A program made the translations under genes and the position numbers. Below are positions 1-11,835 of a stretch of DNA of 41,058 nt, one piece after another (the stretch's first letter is position 1; each line of letters opens with the position of its first letter). Location: positions 9,166,107 through 9,207,164 of the forward strand of contig NC_068991.1 of assembly GCF_001194135.2 (NCBI RefSeq), in the 5' to 3' direction. This stretch comes from Octopus bimaculoides. Lineage: Eukaryota. Under the pieces are notes generated by a model. It saw only the letters and a program-made list of their open reading frames with translations. It was not told the origin of the DNA and did not search any database.

Positions 1-67
1 AAGTAGAAACAGTACTGTGCTGTATATATATATATTTTTTTTTTTTATAATTTGTATAAAGTCCATG

Positions 68-222
68 TAACCGACTACTTTTTCACTGGTACTTAATTCA
101 TCGACCACGAAAAGATGAAAGGCAAAGTCACCCTCGGCGGAATTTGAAGTCAGAACGTAGCGACGGGCGAAATACCGCTAAGCATTTCCTCCGACACGCT
201 AACGATTCTGCCAGCTCGCCGC
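68..222 (-). mobile_element. tRNA-derived SINE, family A (GGCGGCGAGCTGGCAG head)
   Basis: Minus strand shows A-box-like TGGCAGAATCGTT and a degenerate B box, then the shared CTTTCATC...GGTCGAT...AAGTACCAG body; the 5' end abuts (TAA)n. Confidence 0.8.
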
Positions 223-223
223 T

Positions 224-224
<1 letters not shown>

Positions 225-273
<49 letters not shown>

Positions 274-387
274 TCAATTTTGTATTTTTCAGCCCTACAC
301 TTTGCCCGGTTAGTGAAGAACCAGGAGAGGATGAGTAAGTGCTGAAATGTTTTCAAATGTTTACTTTTCTGCTTTAATGTGCTGCTG

Positions 388-420
<33 letters not shown>

Positions 421-437
421 TTACTACCGGTGAGATT

Positions 438-499
<62 letters not shown>
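225..499. repeat. Microsatellites (TAA)n 225-273, (CTA)n about 386-426, (GAT)n about 438-499
   Basis: Direct reading. Confidence 0.95.
293..334 (+). CDS. Candidate internal coding exon 1 of 6 (phase 2 to 2), PTLCPVSEEPGED(E); product unknown
   Basis: Acceptor caattttgtatttttcAG, donor GA|GTAAGT, 42 nt; the terminal GA plus the G starting exon 4636 gives GAG (Glu) in frame. Confidence 0.6.
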
Positions 500-661
500 C
501 GTTTCTTTTAGGGTTTCAGATAAAAAGAACAGATTACAGACAGTGTGTAGAGTTTACCTAAATTGGGATGAAAATGGATAAGAAGGTGATATAAAGAGAG
601 TACATGGTATATAAATTCATAGATGGATGAGAGACAGACCTCCTGATACAGAAGGACCTCA

Positions 662-909
662 TCTTTAAACAAACCTTATTCAGGGACCTTTTGAGCGGGA
701 TGTGCTACTCGACCTGAAGAAAATTCTAACTTGGCCCAACCTGCAAGGTCATGCGCTGTTTATCTTGATGAGATCACCGAGTCGCGTATACGTGGTTGTA
801 ATGCATGTACCTTGTGTACCTTATCAGACGGGTAGCCATGATAGGTATACTGGGCTTCGCATATTTGTACCCCAGTGTCACTTTGATGGTATGCGCTGCT
901 CTCTCACTC
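662..909 (+). mobile_element. 3' end of a retroposon with (AAT)n tail (family B; LINE 3' UTR or LINE-tailed SINE)
   Basis: Reverse-complement homologue of 8969-9213, ending gctctctcactc plus (AAT)n. Confidence 0.7.
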
Positions 910-947
<38 letters not shown>

Positions 948-960
948 TAATAATAATAAT
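910..960. repeat. (AAT)n microsatellite
   Basis: Direct reading. Confidence 0.95.
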
Positions 961-1158
961 GGTTTAAAATTTTTCCACAGGGGGGAGAAGATGAGTCGAT
1001 TACATCGACACCAGTATTTCATTGGTACTTGAGTTATTTACACCGAAGGGATGAAAGCAAAGTCGACCTCGGCAGAATTTGAACTCAGAACGCAGCGGTA
1101 GATGAAATACCGTTAAGCATTACATCCGGTGTGCTAACGATTCTGTCAGCTCGCCGCC
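961..1158 (-). mobile_element. SINE family A, near full length
   Basis: Same head, B box (GAGTTCAAATT) and body; the 3' end runs into the (AAT)n at 910-960. Confidence 0.8.
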
Positions 1159-1176
1159 TCCTTAATTAATAAGAAT

Positions 1177-1308
1177 GGTTTCAAATTGTGCCACAAGGGC
1201 ATCAGTTTTGGGGGAGGGGACTAGTCGATTACATCGACCCCAGTGTTCGACTGGTACTTATTTTGTTAACCCCAAAAGGACGAAAGGCAAAGGCGACCCA
1301 GGCTGAAG
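1177..1308 (-). mobile_element. SINE family A, 3' half
   Basis: ggtttcaaattgtgccacaagg...gtcgattacatcgaccccagt...ctggtacttatttt matches the family body. Confidence 0.75.
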
Positions 1309-1513
1309 AAACATCTGGACATTTTAGAAATATTCTACAATCATGGTGTATTGCAAAAGTCGGCTTTACTTAGAACTGCTCGCATACTGCGTAAAGTACT
1401 GTCTGTTTGAGGTCCTTGCTGTGACTCGACAGATAGTACAAACCCCTAGTGCACAATATCTTCAATCTACAACATCACAATATTCGATATTGTGCGGCGT
1501 CTTCTCTAATAAT

Positions 1514-1714
1514 CCTTTCTACAAGGCCTGGAATTGTGGAGGAGGGAGGTTAGTTAATTACATCGACCCCAATGCTCAACTAGTACTTCTTTTAGTGACA
1601 CGGAAAGGATGAAAGATAAAGTCGGCTTCGACGAGATTTGAACTCAGAACGTGAAGCCGGATTAAATGCTGCTAAGCATTTTGTCTAGCGTGCTAATTAT
1701 GACGACTCGCCGCC
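1514..1714 (-). mobile_element. SINE family A, diverged full length
   Basis: Colinear with the other copies from cctttctacaaggcc to ctcgccgcc. Confidence 0.75.
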
Positions 1715-1728
1715 TTAGTAATAATGAT

Positions 1729-1795
1729 GGCTTCTGATTTAGGTACAAACCCAGCAATTTCGAGGTGAGTTAGTCAATTAAGACTACCCCAGCAT
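1729..1795 (-). mobile_element. SINE family A, 3' fragment
   Basis: ggcttctgatttaggtacaaacccagcaatttc resembles the family 3' end. Confidence 0.5.
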
Positions 1796-1966
1796 GTTAA
1801 TGCTGTTGTCCAGTCTTAGTAGCTGGTCAGAGTTAAATAAAAATGTGAACTTACGAAATACTGGCCTCGTTAAAATCAGTATTAAATCCAAGCTTACTTA
1901 TTTAAAACTTTATTGAAATTACACCTAAGACCACAAAAGAAATGAAGGAGATGGTGTTGTAAGACC

Positions 1967-2143
1967 CAGTAGCGTAGCAAAAATATGTGCCGCCCGGAGT
2001 TTCTCTTTAGCTTGTCACCCCACCCCGTCCATCGCTCCTTCTACAGGCTTACACAGCAGACCCAAAAGTGCTGGTCCCCAACAAAAGCATCGCCCCCGGA
2101 CTAGACCGTTACCATCGCTCCCAAACCTATTAGCTTCGCAATT
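1967..2143. mobile_element. Possible old MITE (CAGTGGCGTAGC-type end)
   Basis: Left cagtagcgtagc...gccgcccgg; right end gcttcgcaatt matches only weakly. Confidence 0.25.
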
Positions 2144-2169
2144 TCTAAAACCTCGTTCGTAAATTCTTT

Positions 2170-2260
2170 TTCCTCCTCCTCCTTCCTTCCTTCCATCCTT
2201 CCTCTTCTTCTGCTGCTGCCGCTACTGCTGCTGTTGCTACTACTGCTGTTGCTGCTGCTG

Positions 2261-2307
<47 letters not shown>

Positions 2308-2315
2308 GCTACTAC
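2170..2315. repeat. Compound (CCT)/(CTG)/(CTA)n repeat
   Basis: Direct reading. Confidence 0.9.
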
Positions 2316-2939
2316 TATTTACTTCAAGTACAATCACTTGCTGTTGCTGTTGTATTTTCAGCACCAAAATTTGTCCGATTAAGGAAGAAATTGACAAAGA
2401 TGGGTGAGTGTTGAAGTACTTTTTTTTTGTTTGTTTTAAACCGTTTCTGTTCAGCATTAACGTGATAATATTACAGCGCGTAAAGTAATAATAAAAATAA
2501 CAGTTGTTTCGTCCTTTTGTCGCTAATACCAACCAGATCATGCTAATAAAACCTGCTACAAAGAGTCAACAAGATGTCTGGAGGTCTACAAATGACTATG
2601 TAAAAACGAGGGTGGAGAAATGATGATTATTCAATATATATATATATATTTGTGTATGCGTGTATTTATGTATGTGTGTGTGTGTGCATATATGCTTTCT
2701 ACAATAGCCAAATCTTCTTCAAATCACACTGTACTTTTACAAATAACAGTGGAGAAAAAGAAACGTACCATTAGATTAATATAGTCTACCGTACGCAATG
2801 ACGGGGAATATACTATCTGGGATGGTCATGGCTAAAATGCGTTTGGTCGTAGATCTGCTTGATCTGGATTGACCTGGGGTTATATGTGAAACAGCCACTA
2901 TTAGGCAAATTACTTTTCGTCTTGTAGTTTTACTGGTGT

Positions 2940-3400
<461 letters not shown>

Positions 3401-3814
3401 ATTACTAGATGCTACAGCTTGTTGTAGATGACGTTATGGATGTTGTTGCCGTTGTTACTCGTCTTGCTGAATCGTTGTTGCTGTGAAGCCTTGATGAAGC
3501 CTGTTATAGTTGTTGTTGCTATTGTTGTTGTGTAGCCGTGATCAAACGTATTATTGTTGTTGCCTTGATCAGAAATGTTGATATAACTTTTATTTTCGTT
3601 TTCTGGCTGTTGTTAAAGAAAAGTTGTTGTGAACCCTTGATCGGACTTGTTATGTTGTTATTGTTGCCACTATTGTTTTCGTGGATTCATTGTTGTTGAT
3701 CAGACCTGTTGTGGTTGCTATTGTTGTTTAGCCCAAGGTCCTCCATAATTGAGAAGATCTATGATCAAAGCCGTCCTAGACGTGATAAACCAATCTCTGT
3801 TGTTTTCTGGGTTT

Positions 3815-4010
3815 TTTTACCTCCGCCAAGGAAGAGGTTATGTTTTCATTGGCGTTGGTTTGTCCGTCTGTCCATCTCTGTGCAAAATAACTCAAAAAGT
3901 TGTGAACGGTATTTGATGAAACTTACAGGAAAAGTTGGTAATGACACAAGAAACAGATGATGAAATTTGGGTAGTGACCCGGGAATTTTTATGGATACTT
4001 GAAGCATTTT
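3815..4010 (+). mobile_element. Helentron-associated non-autonomous element (DINE-1/HINE-like)
   Basis: tttacctccgccaaggaagaggttatgttttc...tgtccgtctgtcc...aaaataactcaaaaagtt...tgatgaaatttgg matches the typical HINE architecture. Confidence 0.6.
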
Positions 4011-4130
4011 TCATTTGTTATATTTACTTTTCATGAAGTATTACAATGTGCCGAGGGATTACTGTATACACGATACAGAATTCGGGAAATCAGTTTCTAT
4101 CCTTCAAATGCGCACACTTGGCTTTGACTG

Positions 4131-4188
4131 GCCCGAGACTACAGAACAAGACACTTGCTAAAGGTGCCACCCAGCGAGACTGAACTCA
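4131..4188 (-). mobile_element. tRNA-derived SINE family C, fragment
   Basis: agacacttgctaaaggtgccac...gactgaac is the reverse complement of the family C B-box region. Confidence 0.55.
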
Positions 4189-4190
4189 AC

Positions 4191-4310
4191 TCTTACCTTT
4201 CATCCTTCGGGGTCGATAAAATAAGTACCAGTTGATCATTGAAGTCGATGTAATCGACTACCCCCGTTCCCCGAAATTGCTGGCCTTGTGCCAAAATTTG
4301 AAACCCAATA
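4191..4310 (+). mobile_element. SINE family A, 3' half
   Basis: ctttcatccttcggggtcgataaaataagtaccag...aaattgctggccttgtgccaaaatttgaaac. Confidence 0.8.
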
Positions 4311-4324
4311 TCTCCGTATTTGTT

Positions 4325-4480
4325 GTAAGTTCTTGAGTTCGTATCCTAACGATGTCGGCTTTGCCCTTCATCTAACCAGGATCAATTAAATAAAATACCA
4401 GAAAATTATTGGAATCGATGTAACTGAGTATAATGCTCCCGACCCGACACAAACAAAACACAAATGTATGGCCTTGGCCA
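4325..4480 (+). mobile_element. SINE family A, degraded copy
   Basis: gagttcgtatcc...ctttgcccttcatc...atcgatgtaac...ggccttg is colinear with the family. Confidence 0.55.
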
Positions 4481-4635
4481 ATGTGAAGAAATCGATATTA
4501 TTGATGTTACTGATCATGGTGTTTTGTTGTTGTTCTATAAAGAGTGGATAATTACTGAACGATCGAACAGCAGATTGAATGAGTTTTGTTGGTTCTGTTG
4601 ATTTTGTTACTGGTTTTATTTCTTAATCTGCGCAG

Positions 4636-4678
4636 GAAGAGCAGCGCTCATGACTTAGCTGCAGGACCTTCGAGATTA
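4636..4678 (+). CDS. Candidate coding exon 2 (phase 2 to 0), KSSAHDLAAGPSRL
   Basis: T-rich tract with cttaat branch-like motif, then tgcgcAG; donor TTA|GTGAGT; only one of three frames is open and it fits the previous exon. Confidence 0.55.
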
Positions 4679-4890
4679 GTGAGTGCAAAGAAAGAATAAA
4701 CAACAATTCCTAGGGTTAGGAATCCTCAAACTAGAAACCTAGACCGAACGTTCGAAACAGGTACGAACTTCGCTAAAAGCATGCAAGGGCCAGCTTGTAG
4801 TGGTAAACCACGCGACGGGTTAGGCCTCTGTTGATTCCGTTGCTGGTGTTGTTGATCAGGATATTGCTTAATACTCACCCTTATATGTTT

Positions 4891-4933
<43 letters not shown>

Positions 4934-5059
4934 AATGAAAACAATCCAGTGAAATCCGTGTAAGTAGAGTCAGCAGATCCAGTGGTAATCCGAGTGTAGT
5001 GCTTAGAAGAGTCAATGTCAGTTGCTGATTGTGTTCGGGAGTCACCTAGTAAGAATAAA

Positions 5060-5252
5060 CACAGTAGTATCAGCGCTAAATACTTATGGGAAATAAATGA
5101 ACTGTTTTTACACCTTTTACCACAAGCGAGAATTGTTTCCCTATGCTAATTGCAGTGAATTTGACTTTAGAAATTATATGTCACAAACATATTTTAACTA
5201 ACCTAAATTTCAAATTTCGTTTATCTCTCATCACTGCTTAGCGCTGATACTA

Positions 5253-5257
<5 letters not shown>
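5060..5257. mobile_element. MITE with 20-bp TIRs (CAC-terminal, possibly CACTA/EnSpm-like)
   Basis: CACAGTAGTATCAGCGCTAA (5060-5079) versus the reverse complement of 5238-5257, CACTGTAGTATCAGCGCTAA, 19/20; no clear TSD. Confidence 0.7.
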
Positions 5258-5286
<29 letters not shown>

Positions 5287-5656
5287 ATAGAGGGATAGAG
5301 AGTGAGAGAAAACTTGCTACTATATTTTAGAAAGCTGTGATTCACTATCGAGTACTGTGACGAGGGTCAAAGAAAATGCAAGTCGCTTATGGAGATACTT
5401 TTGAACGTATGGCAGCAAACACTTGAAAAATATCCCTGTAATATCATTTGTTATAACGTAGCCGGAGACCTACTTTGAATGCTTGTAACAGATCGGGTTC
5501 TACTAAATCTGCACCACCATGCAGTCTTTGATTGCCTTTAACTGAGTTCAGTCTGTTACAGGTTGTTGAACCTATGTTTTTCCTGTAGAAATTTGACTTA
5601 CTGATGATCAAACTCTTCAACGTCACCAGAAATTAGGGTTTGCAAAGGTTGTAGGC

Positions 5657-5903
5657 CAGTGGTTTCCAACCAGGGTCCGTATGGACAGTGAAGGTCCAGA
5701 TGAGATTTTGTTGTAAAAATTTATCTCCAATAAATTGGTTATACTTCTACAATACACAAATTGTCTTAACGATTATTTATATACAATTCCTAATAACATT
5801 TAATCATAAAAATACAATAGTATTTTTTTAAAACATCGAATGGCTAAGAGGGTCCACCCGAGTAAAAAAGGGGCCTTAGGTAAAAGTGGTTAAGAACCTC
5901 TAG
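5657..5903. mobile_element. hAT-like MITE
   Basis: Left end CAGTGGTTTCCAACC, right end GGTTAAGAACCTCTAG (about 10/15); flanks ttgtaggc and tcataggc resemble a decayed 8-bp TSD. Confidence 0.55.
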
Positions 5904-5977
5904 TCATAGGCACTCACCACTTCATTTTAATTAACAAATAAACAGAAAATTAAAAAATTACTCAGAGTAAATATTGG

Positions 5978-6188
5978 TTTCGAATTTTGACCCAAGGCCA
6001 GAAATTTCGGGAGAGGAGGCTAAGTCAATTATATCGACCTCAGTACTTAATTGGTACTTAATTTATCGACCCCGAAAGGATGAAAAGCAAAGTCGACCTC
6101 GGCGGAATTTGAACTCAGAACGTAAAGACGAACGAAATATCACTAAGCATTTTTTCCAGAGTGCTAACGATTCTACCAGCTCGCGGCC
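5978..6188 (-). mobile_element. SINE family A, full length with 13-bp target-site duplication
   Basis: Full head to tail; GAGTAAATATTGG lies at 5965-5977 and 6197-6209. Confidence 0.85.
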
Positions 6189-6465
6189 CTAACACTGAGT
6201 AAATATTGGCTTTGTGGCATAAAAAACAAAAGCTTCGGACAAAACAATATGGCAGACATGGTGTAATATGTGTTTTCATGGGTTATTAGTTTTGCTAGTA
6301 ACGTAAAACGCTTTTCCACCCAGTGTTGTAACTGCGTCGTAACTGTTGCTCATCCGGAACTTGTCTTGCTCTGGAGAAGTCGCCACAGATCGTGTGTAAA
6401 GCACACATTAATTGCTAACATAGCATATTAGTAAGTAATCTAAAACATTTGCAGAACTCTATGTA

Positions 6466-6466
<1 letters not shown>

Positions 6467-6505
<39 letters not shown>

Positions 6506-6765
6506 ATAAGGCATAAATGTGTGAAAGTAACTGTATCTTCCTATTTACAGGAAATTCCAAAATTTATGATTACTCGTGTGAATGTCCCTTTAGAAACATA
6601 AATAACACACACACATACACACACACAAACACACACACACACACATACACACACTCACATACACACACACACGCACACTCACATACACGCACACACACAT
6701 ACACACGCACCAACACTTTTGCAGTATTGTATTAATGCATGAAAGGTTCGTAAGCAAGTGTGTTA

Positions 6766-6838
<73 letters not shown>

Positions 6839-6850
6839 TGTGTGTGCGTG
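6467..6850. repeat. (TG)n / (CA)n / (TG)n cluster
   Basis: Direct reading. Confidence 0.9.
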
Positions 6851-7349
6851 CATGTGTTTAAGTTTGTGCGTATCTTCCTGTCAACCCGCCTGACGAGATA
6901 TATGTAATTATATATACCGTTGGACATTTCATATGCTTAATACCTTCGGACACGCCGATTTCTGAATAGATGTGCGAAAAACAGGCGGTGAACACATCAC
7001 ATGAATCCAGGTTATTTTCATTGGTTCTTTTCGCCATTAGTTGTATCAAGGATATACTGAAATTATACAGATATATCATTTTTTTTTTCTTCATTTTCAA
7101 AGTCATTTTTTTTTTTGTATTTTTACGTATTTTTATTCATTAGACTATATTCGTCTCTGCTTTGCCTTCTTTTTTTTTATTCGTTTTTCTGCTTTTTTTT
7201 TTTATTCGTCTTTTTGCTTCCTTTTTTTTTTTCTTTGTCGTGTTTTGTGATGTCAAGTCATGCAAGCTCTAAACGAAATAAGCTTGTACTTAAATAAACT
7301 CTCACAAGCAGTTGAGGAATTGTCAAATAAATGATATTCATTTAACCAG

Positions 7350-7378
7350 ATCGAACATTGCGGACCACTTCTTCAAAG
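7350..7378 (+). CDS. Candidate coding micro-exon 3 (29 nt, phase 0 to 2), IEHCGPLLQ(R)
   Basis: Acceptor tcatttaaccAG, donor AAG|GTAGGA; bridges the phase-0 end of exon 4636-4678 to the phase-2 start of exon 18262. Confidence 0.45.
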
Positions 7379-7492
7379 GTAGGATATGTCACGACTTTTA
7401 AGGGTTTTCTAGTGAGAGAGGGGATTTAGAACTTCATGTAAACAGAAGACAATGCAACGTATGGAAATGGTCTCAATAAGTCACAGAAATTA

Positions 7493-7494
<2 letters not shown>

Positions 7495-7547
<53 letters not shown>

Positions 7548-7548
7548 A

Positions 7549-7587
<39 letters not shown>

Positions 7588-7652
7588 AATGTAGCTATCA
7601 GTGTAACTATGTGTCTGTCTGTCTGCCTTCTGTTTGTCTATCTATCTAGCTG

Positions 7653-7741
<89 letters not shown>

Positions 7742-7940
7742 TATCTATCTGTCTGTCTGTTTGTCTGTCTGTTTGTCTGTCTGTTTGTCTGTCTGTCTAT
7801 CTACTAACCTATTTCTGTCTATTTGTCTTTCTATTTGTCACTGTCTTTAATCTGTCTACCCTATCTATCGATCTATCTAACTATCTGTCTGTCTGTCTCT
7901 ATGTATGTATGCATGAATGTATGTATGTATGTATGTATGC
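7495..7940. repeat. Compound (TCTA)n/(TC)n/(TCTG)n/(TATG)n
   Basis: Direct reading. Confidence 0.9.
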
Positions 7941-8032
7941 CGCAGTTGAATAAAATGTTCTTACAGAATAAATAACTAGATGTTACAGCTTATGATACAC
8001 GAGTGCTGTCATTGAAGAATCTGAATGAAACT

Positions 8033-8088
8033 GTTGTTGCTGTCACGGTCATTACCGTTGTTGCTGTCACGGTCATTACCGTTGTTGC
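8033..8088 (+). repeat. 24-bp tandem duplication, about 2.3 copies (GTTGTTGCTGTCACGGTCATTACC)
   Basis: Exact copies at 8033-8056 and 8057-8080. Confidence 0.9.
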
Positions 8089-8577
8089 CTAGCCCTTTGT
8101 CAACCTCAGAAAAGGCAGGTATATAATCACAAACACTGCAGCTATTGCCATACTTAATATGTTTCTATTGAAACATATCCACGATTCCATTACTCAATGT
8201 GTCCTTCTCTTGTTTAAGTCGAAAGGATCTCTTATGAGAAACAGAAAGGGAATCGGTTACTATTTCGAGCTGCTCAAGGAACCACATAAAGGATTTCTCT
8301 TTGGTTCCAGAGTCCTAAAGTATTTAGATAAACGGAAACCACAACATCCTGAAATTAATACATTCACCTTACTTATTTCACTCATGCCACCACAGTATTT
8401 TCTTGTTGTTCAGTTTCTTTATTTTATTCCCACCCTTTAATTATCTCTAATTGTTACGGTTTGGATTGTTTCCTGCTCTGAAAAAGCCGCTTTTAGGCCG
8501 AAGTATCAGCATGTTCTATGAAGTACATGGCACTAAATACGGCACTTGTATCACACTTCTATGCTGTGGTTACTGCC

Positions 8578-8578
8578 T

Positions 8579-8626
<48 letters not shown>

Positions 8627-8627
8627 T

Positions 8628-8660
<33 letters not shown>

Positions 8661-8803
8661 CGCTGCCGCCACCACCACCGCCACCTCTACTACTATTACA
8701 AATACACCGTGCACCTGTTCAGGCAACGTCGATTTGATGGAGAGAGTGAGCTAATGTGCAGCACGAACCTTTGGACATTATACATCGTCTTCGACGGAGA
8801 GTC

Positions 8804-8879
<76 letters not shown>

Positions 8880-8968
8880 GTTGTTGTTGTTGTTGTTATT
8901 GTTATTATGATTGTTGTTCTTGTTGTTGTTATTGTTATTGTTATTATTATTATTATTATTATTATTGA
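8578..8968. repeat. Compound (CTA)(CTG)(CCG)(CCA)n and (ATT)/(GTT)n arrays
   Basis: Direct reading; a unique segment at about 8700-8804 lies between them. Confidence 0.9.
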
Positions 8969-9505
8969 GTAAGAAAGCAGCGCATGCCATCAAAGGGACA
9001 CTGGGGCACAAATATACAAAGCCCAATACACCCATCATGACTACCCGTCTGATAAGGGTACACCAGGCACATGCATCACAACCATACGTGCCCAACATGG
9101 TGATCTCATATCAAGATAAATAGCGCATGACCTCGCAGGTGGGGCCCAGTTAGAATTTTTTTTCTGGCTGAGTAGCCATCCCGCTCAAAAGGTCCCTGAA
9201 TAAGGTTTGTTTAAGGATATTGAACGAAACACTCATGTTTCCAGAGGTGATTTATTCAAACCCCAAAGAATTCCTCTCAGCACATGGCTATGATGCTCCC
9301 CCACTACTTCTGCTCATGATCAGAAATGCACATATCATCAGCCACCCCAAGGGACATGCTCAACTGGTTAAGGTCAAACAACTGACAAGCAAATCTGTGG
9401 TATTGAGCAGAATATTTGCTGTAGGCCATCTTTTATACCAAGACAAAACAATGTACATGATAACACTTCCAATCAGTTAAGATGAGAAGCCAAGAGAGCC
9501 ACTGC
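8969..9505 (-). mobile_element. Longer copy of retroposon family B
   Basis: 8969-9213 matches 662-909 in inverted orientation, with the tail at 8805-8968; the extension to 9505 is based on my recognition of this repeat. Confidence 0.65.
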
Positions 9506-9513
9506 TTTGTAAA

Positions 9514-9625
9514 GGCGAGCTGGCAGAATCATTAGCACGCCGGGCAAAATGCTTTGCAGCTTTTCGTCTGTCGCTACGTTCTGAGTTCAAATTCTGCCTA
9601 GATCGACTTGACTTTCATCCTTTTG
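9514..9625 (+). mobile_element. SINE family A, 5' half
   Basis: ggcgagctggcagaatcattagcacgccgggc...ctgagttcaaattc. Confidence 0.8.
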
Positions 9626-10647
9626 TGATTCCAATGGGTAGAAAGTTTTTACGGTGAAAAATTCTTTTAGCATTATTCGTACTCTTTTGATCAGATTTAT
9701 TTCAGTTAATGTTCATTTTATGGATGTTAATGTTCAAGTAATACACGGTAATAAAATGATAAATTGTTTTGTTATCGTGCAATAAATTCTGCTGTATACA
9801 AGACGACCCGTTGTTAATCACATACGGAGAGTAAATCGCGAAGGTGAATTGGTTCAGGGAGAAGAAAGTACACAATAAAAGATTATATATTGCAAAAAAA
9901 AGTACATAAAAAATTGTAAGTGCATTTGTTCTTATGATACGTATGGAAGTCGTCATCTTCCTCATTCATCATCGCATTATCATATTCCTAGGCCTAGCTA
10001 TTTGGAGTATGTTTTCAAAATAATTTCTGAGTTGAGTATTTGATTACATAACTCATGTCGCCGTTTGGACTTCATCCTGAGAATTTTCCGTGCGGAAATA
10101 ATAGCATGGTTATTTTATCTTCTGCATTCTAAATCATAAAGCCGTGAAAATGTCGTTATTTTTTTTTTCCAACTAAGGTCTTTGACAACCGTTACTTTTC
10201 GTTAAAAAAAAAGCAAAAAAGAAAGGCACTTTTCTTCGTGGAAGATATTTTTATTGTTTTCCTACGTACGCAAAAATTTACGCACAAAGATAGAAATAAA
10301 TATACACGCACACTTGCATAAACAAACACACGCGCGCACATAAACGCATATAACCACACATGTAGAATAATGATGATGTTTACGCCGACTATTTGCCCAT
10401 TGAATTAAGTTAGATTTCGAATGGCGATCATCACTCATCAATAGCGTATGACTTGATGGCTATCTACCTCGTATATTTCGCATATTTGCATATACATATG
10501 TAAGCATATATATCTACAATGCACTCATGTGTGTGTGTGTCTGTGTGTGTTTGTGTTTGTGCGTGTGTGTATACACATATATATATATATATACACACAT
10601 ATATATTATATATATACATACACACATATATATACGTATCTATCTAC

Positions 10648-10679
<32 letters not shown>

Positions 10680-10836
10680 CAGGCTTCTTTCAGTTTTTGT
10701 CTACCAAATCTACTCACAAAGCTTTGGTCGGCCCGACGCTATAGTAGAAAAGACTTGCCCAAGGTGCCACGCAGTGGGACTGAACTCGGAACCATGTGGT
10801 TGGGAAGCAAGCTTCTTGCACAGCCACTCCTGCGCT
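10680..10836 (-). mobile_element. SINE family C (GCGCAGGAGTGGCTGTG head), 5' half
   Basis: Minus strand A-box-like TGGCTGTG, B-box-like GAGTTCAGTCCC, then CACCTTGGGCAAGT...GATTTGGTAGAC. Confidence 0.85.
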
Positions 10837-10967
10837 TATATATATATAAATATATAATGCCATTACTTTACCGAAAGTGGTTCAATCGAAGTAGATTACT
10901 TTCATACGTAGTACTCAACAGAAAATTTTCGAGTGTAAAGTTGCATATATATATATATATATATATA

Positions 10968-11768
10968 NNNNNNNNNNNNNNNNNNNNNNNNNNNNNNNNN
11001 NNNNNNNNNNNNNNNNNNNNNNNNNNNNNNNNNNNNNNNNNNNNNNNNNNNNNNNNNNNNNNNNNNNNNNNNNNNNNNNNNNNNNNNNNNNNNNNNNNNN
11101 NNNNNNNNNNNNNNNNNNNNNNNNNNNNNNNNNNNNNNNNNNNNNNNNNNNNNNNNNNNNNNNNNNNNNNNNNNNNNNNNNNNNNNNNNNNNNNNNNNNN
11201 NNNNNNNNNNNNNNNNNNNNNNNNNNNNNNNNNNNNNNNNNNNNNNNNNNNNNNNNNNNNNNNNNNNNNNNNNNNNNNNNNNNNNNNNNNNNNNNNNNNN
11301 NNNNNNNNNNNNNNNNNNNNNNNNNNNNNNNNNNNNNNNNNNNNNNNNNNNNNNNNNNNNNNNNNNNNNNNNNNNNNNNNNNNNNNNNNNNNNNNNNNNN
11401 NNNNNNNNNNNNNNNNNNNNNNNNNNNNNNNNNNNNNNNNNNNNNNNNNNNNNNNNNNNNNNNNNNNNNNNNNNNNNNNNNNNNNNNNNNNNNNNNNNNN
11501 NNNNNNNNNNNNNNNNNNNNNNNNNNNNNNNNNNNNNNNNNNNNNNNNNNNNNNNNNNNNNNNNNNNNNNNNNNNNNNNNNNNNNNNNNNNNNNNNNNNN
11601 NNNNNNNNNNNNNNNNNNNNNNNNNNNNNNNNNNNNNNNNNNNNNNNNNNNNNNNNNNNNNNNNNNNNNNNNNNNNNNNNNNNNNNNNNNNNNNNNNNNN
11701 NNNNNNNNNNNNNNNNNNNNNNNNNNNNNNNNNNNNNNNNNNNNNNNNNNNNNNNNNNNNNNNNNNNN
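10968..11768. other. Assembly gap (others: 12612-12868, 20072-20460, 21353-21706, 25783-25979, 28143-28614, 31102-31291, 32356-33286, 37339-37403)
   Basis: N-runs, most flanked by microsatellites. Confidence 1.

Positions 11769-11835
<67 letters not shown>

Noticed and set aside
6858-7106. 82-aa minus-strand ORF
   Set aside because: No homology recognised and no consistent minus-strand exon chain found.
7269-7343. Amphipathic-looking MQALNEISLYLNKLSQAVEELSNK*
   Set aside because: Weak acceptor, an in-frame TGA just upstream, and no fit to the exon phase chain.
8451-9123. Homopolymer ORFs (poly-N, L, Y, I, T, H, CV, ER) here and throughout
   Set aside because: They are translations of microsatellites with no stop in frame, and have no domain features.
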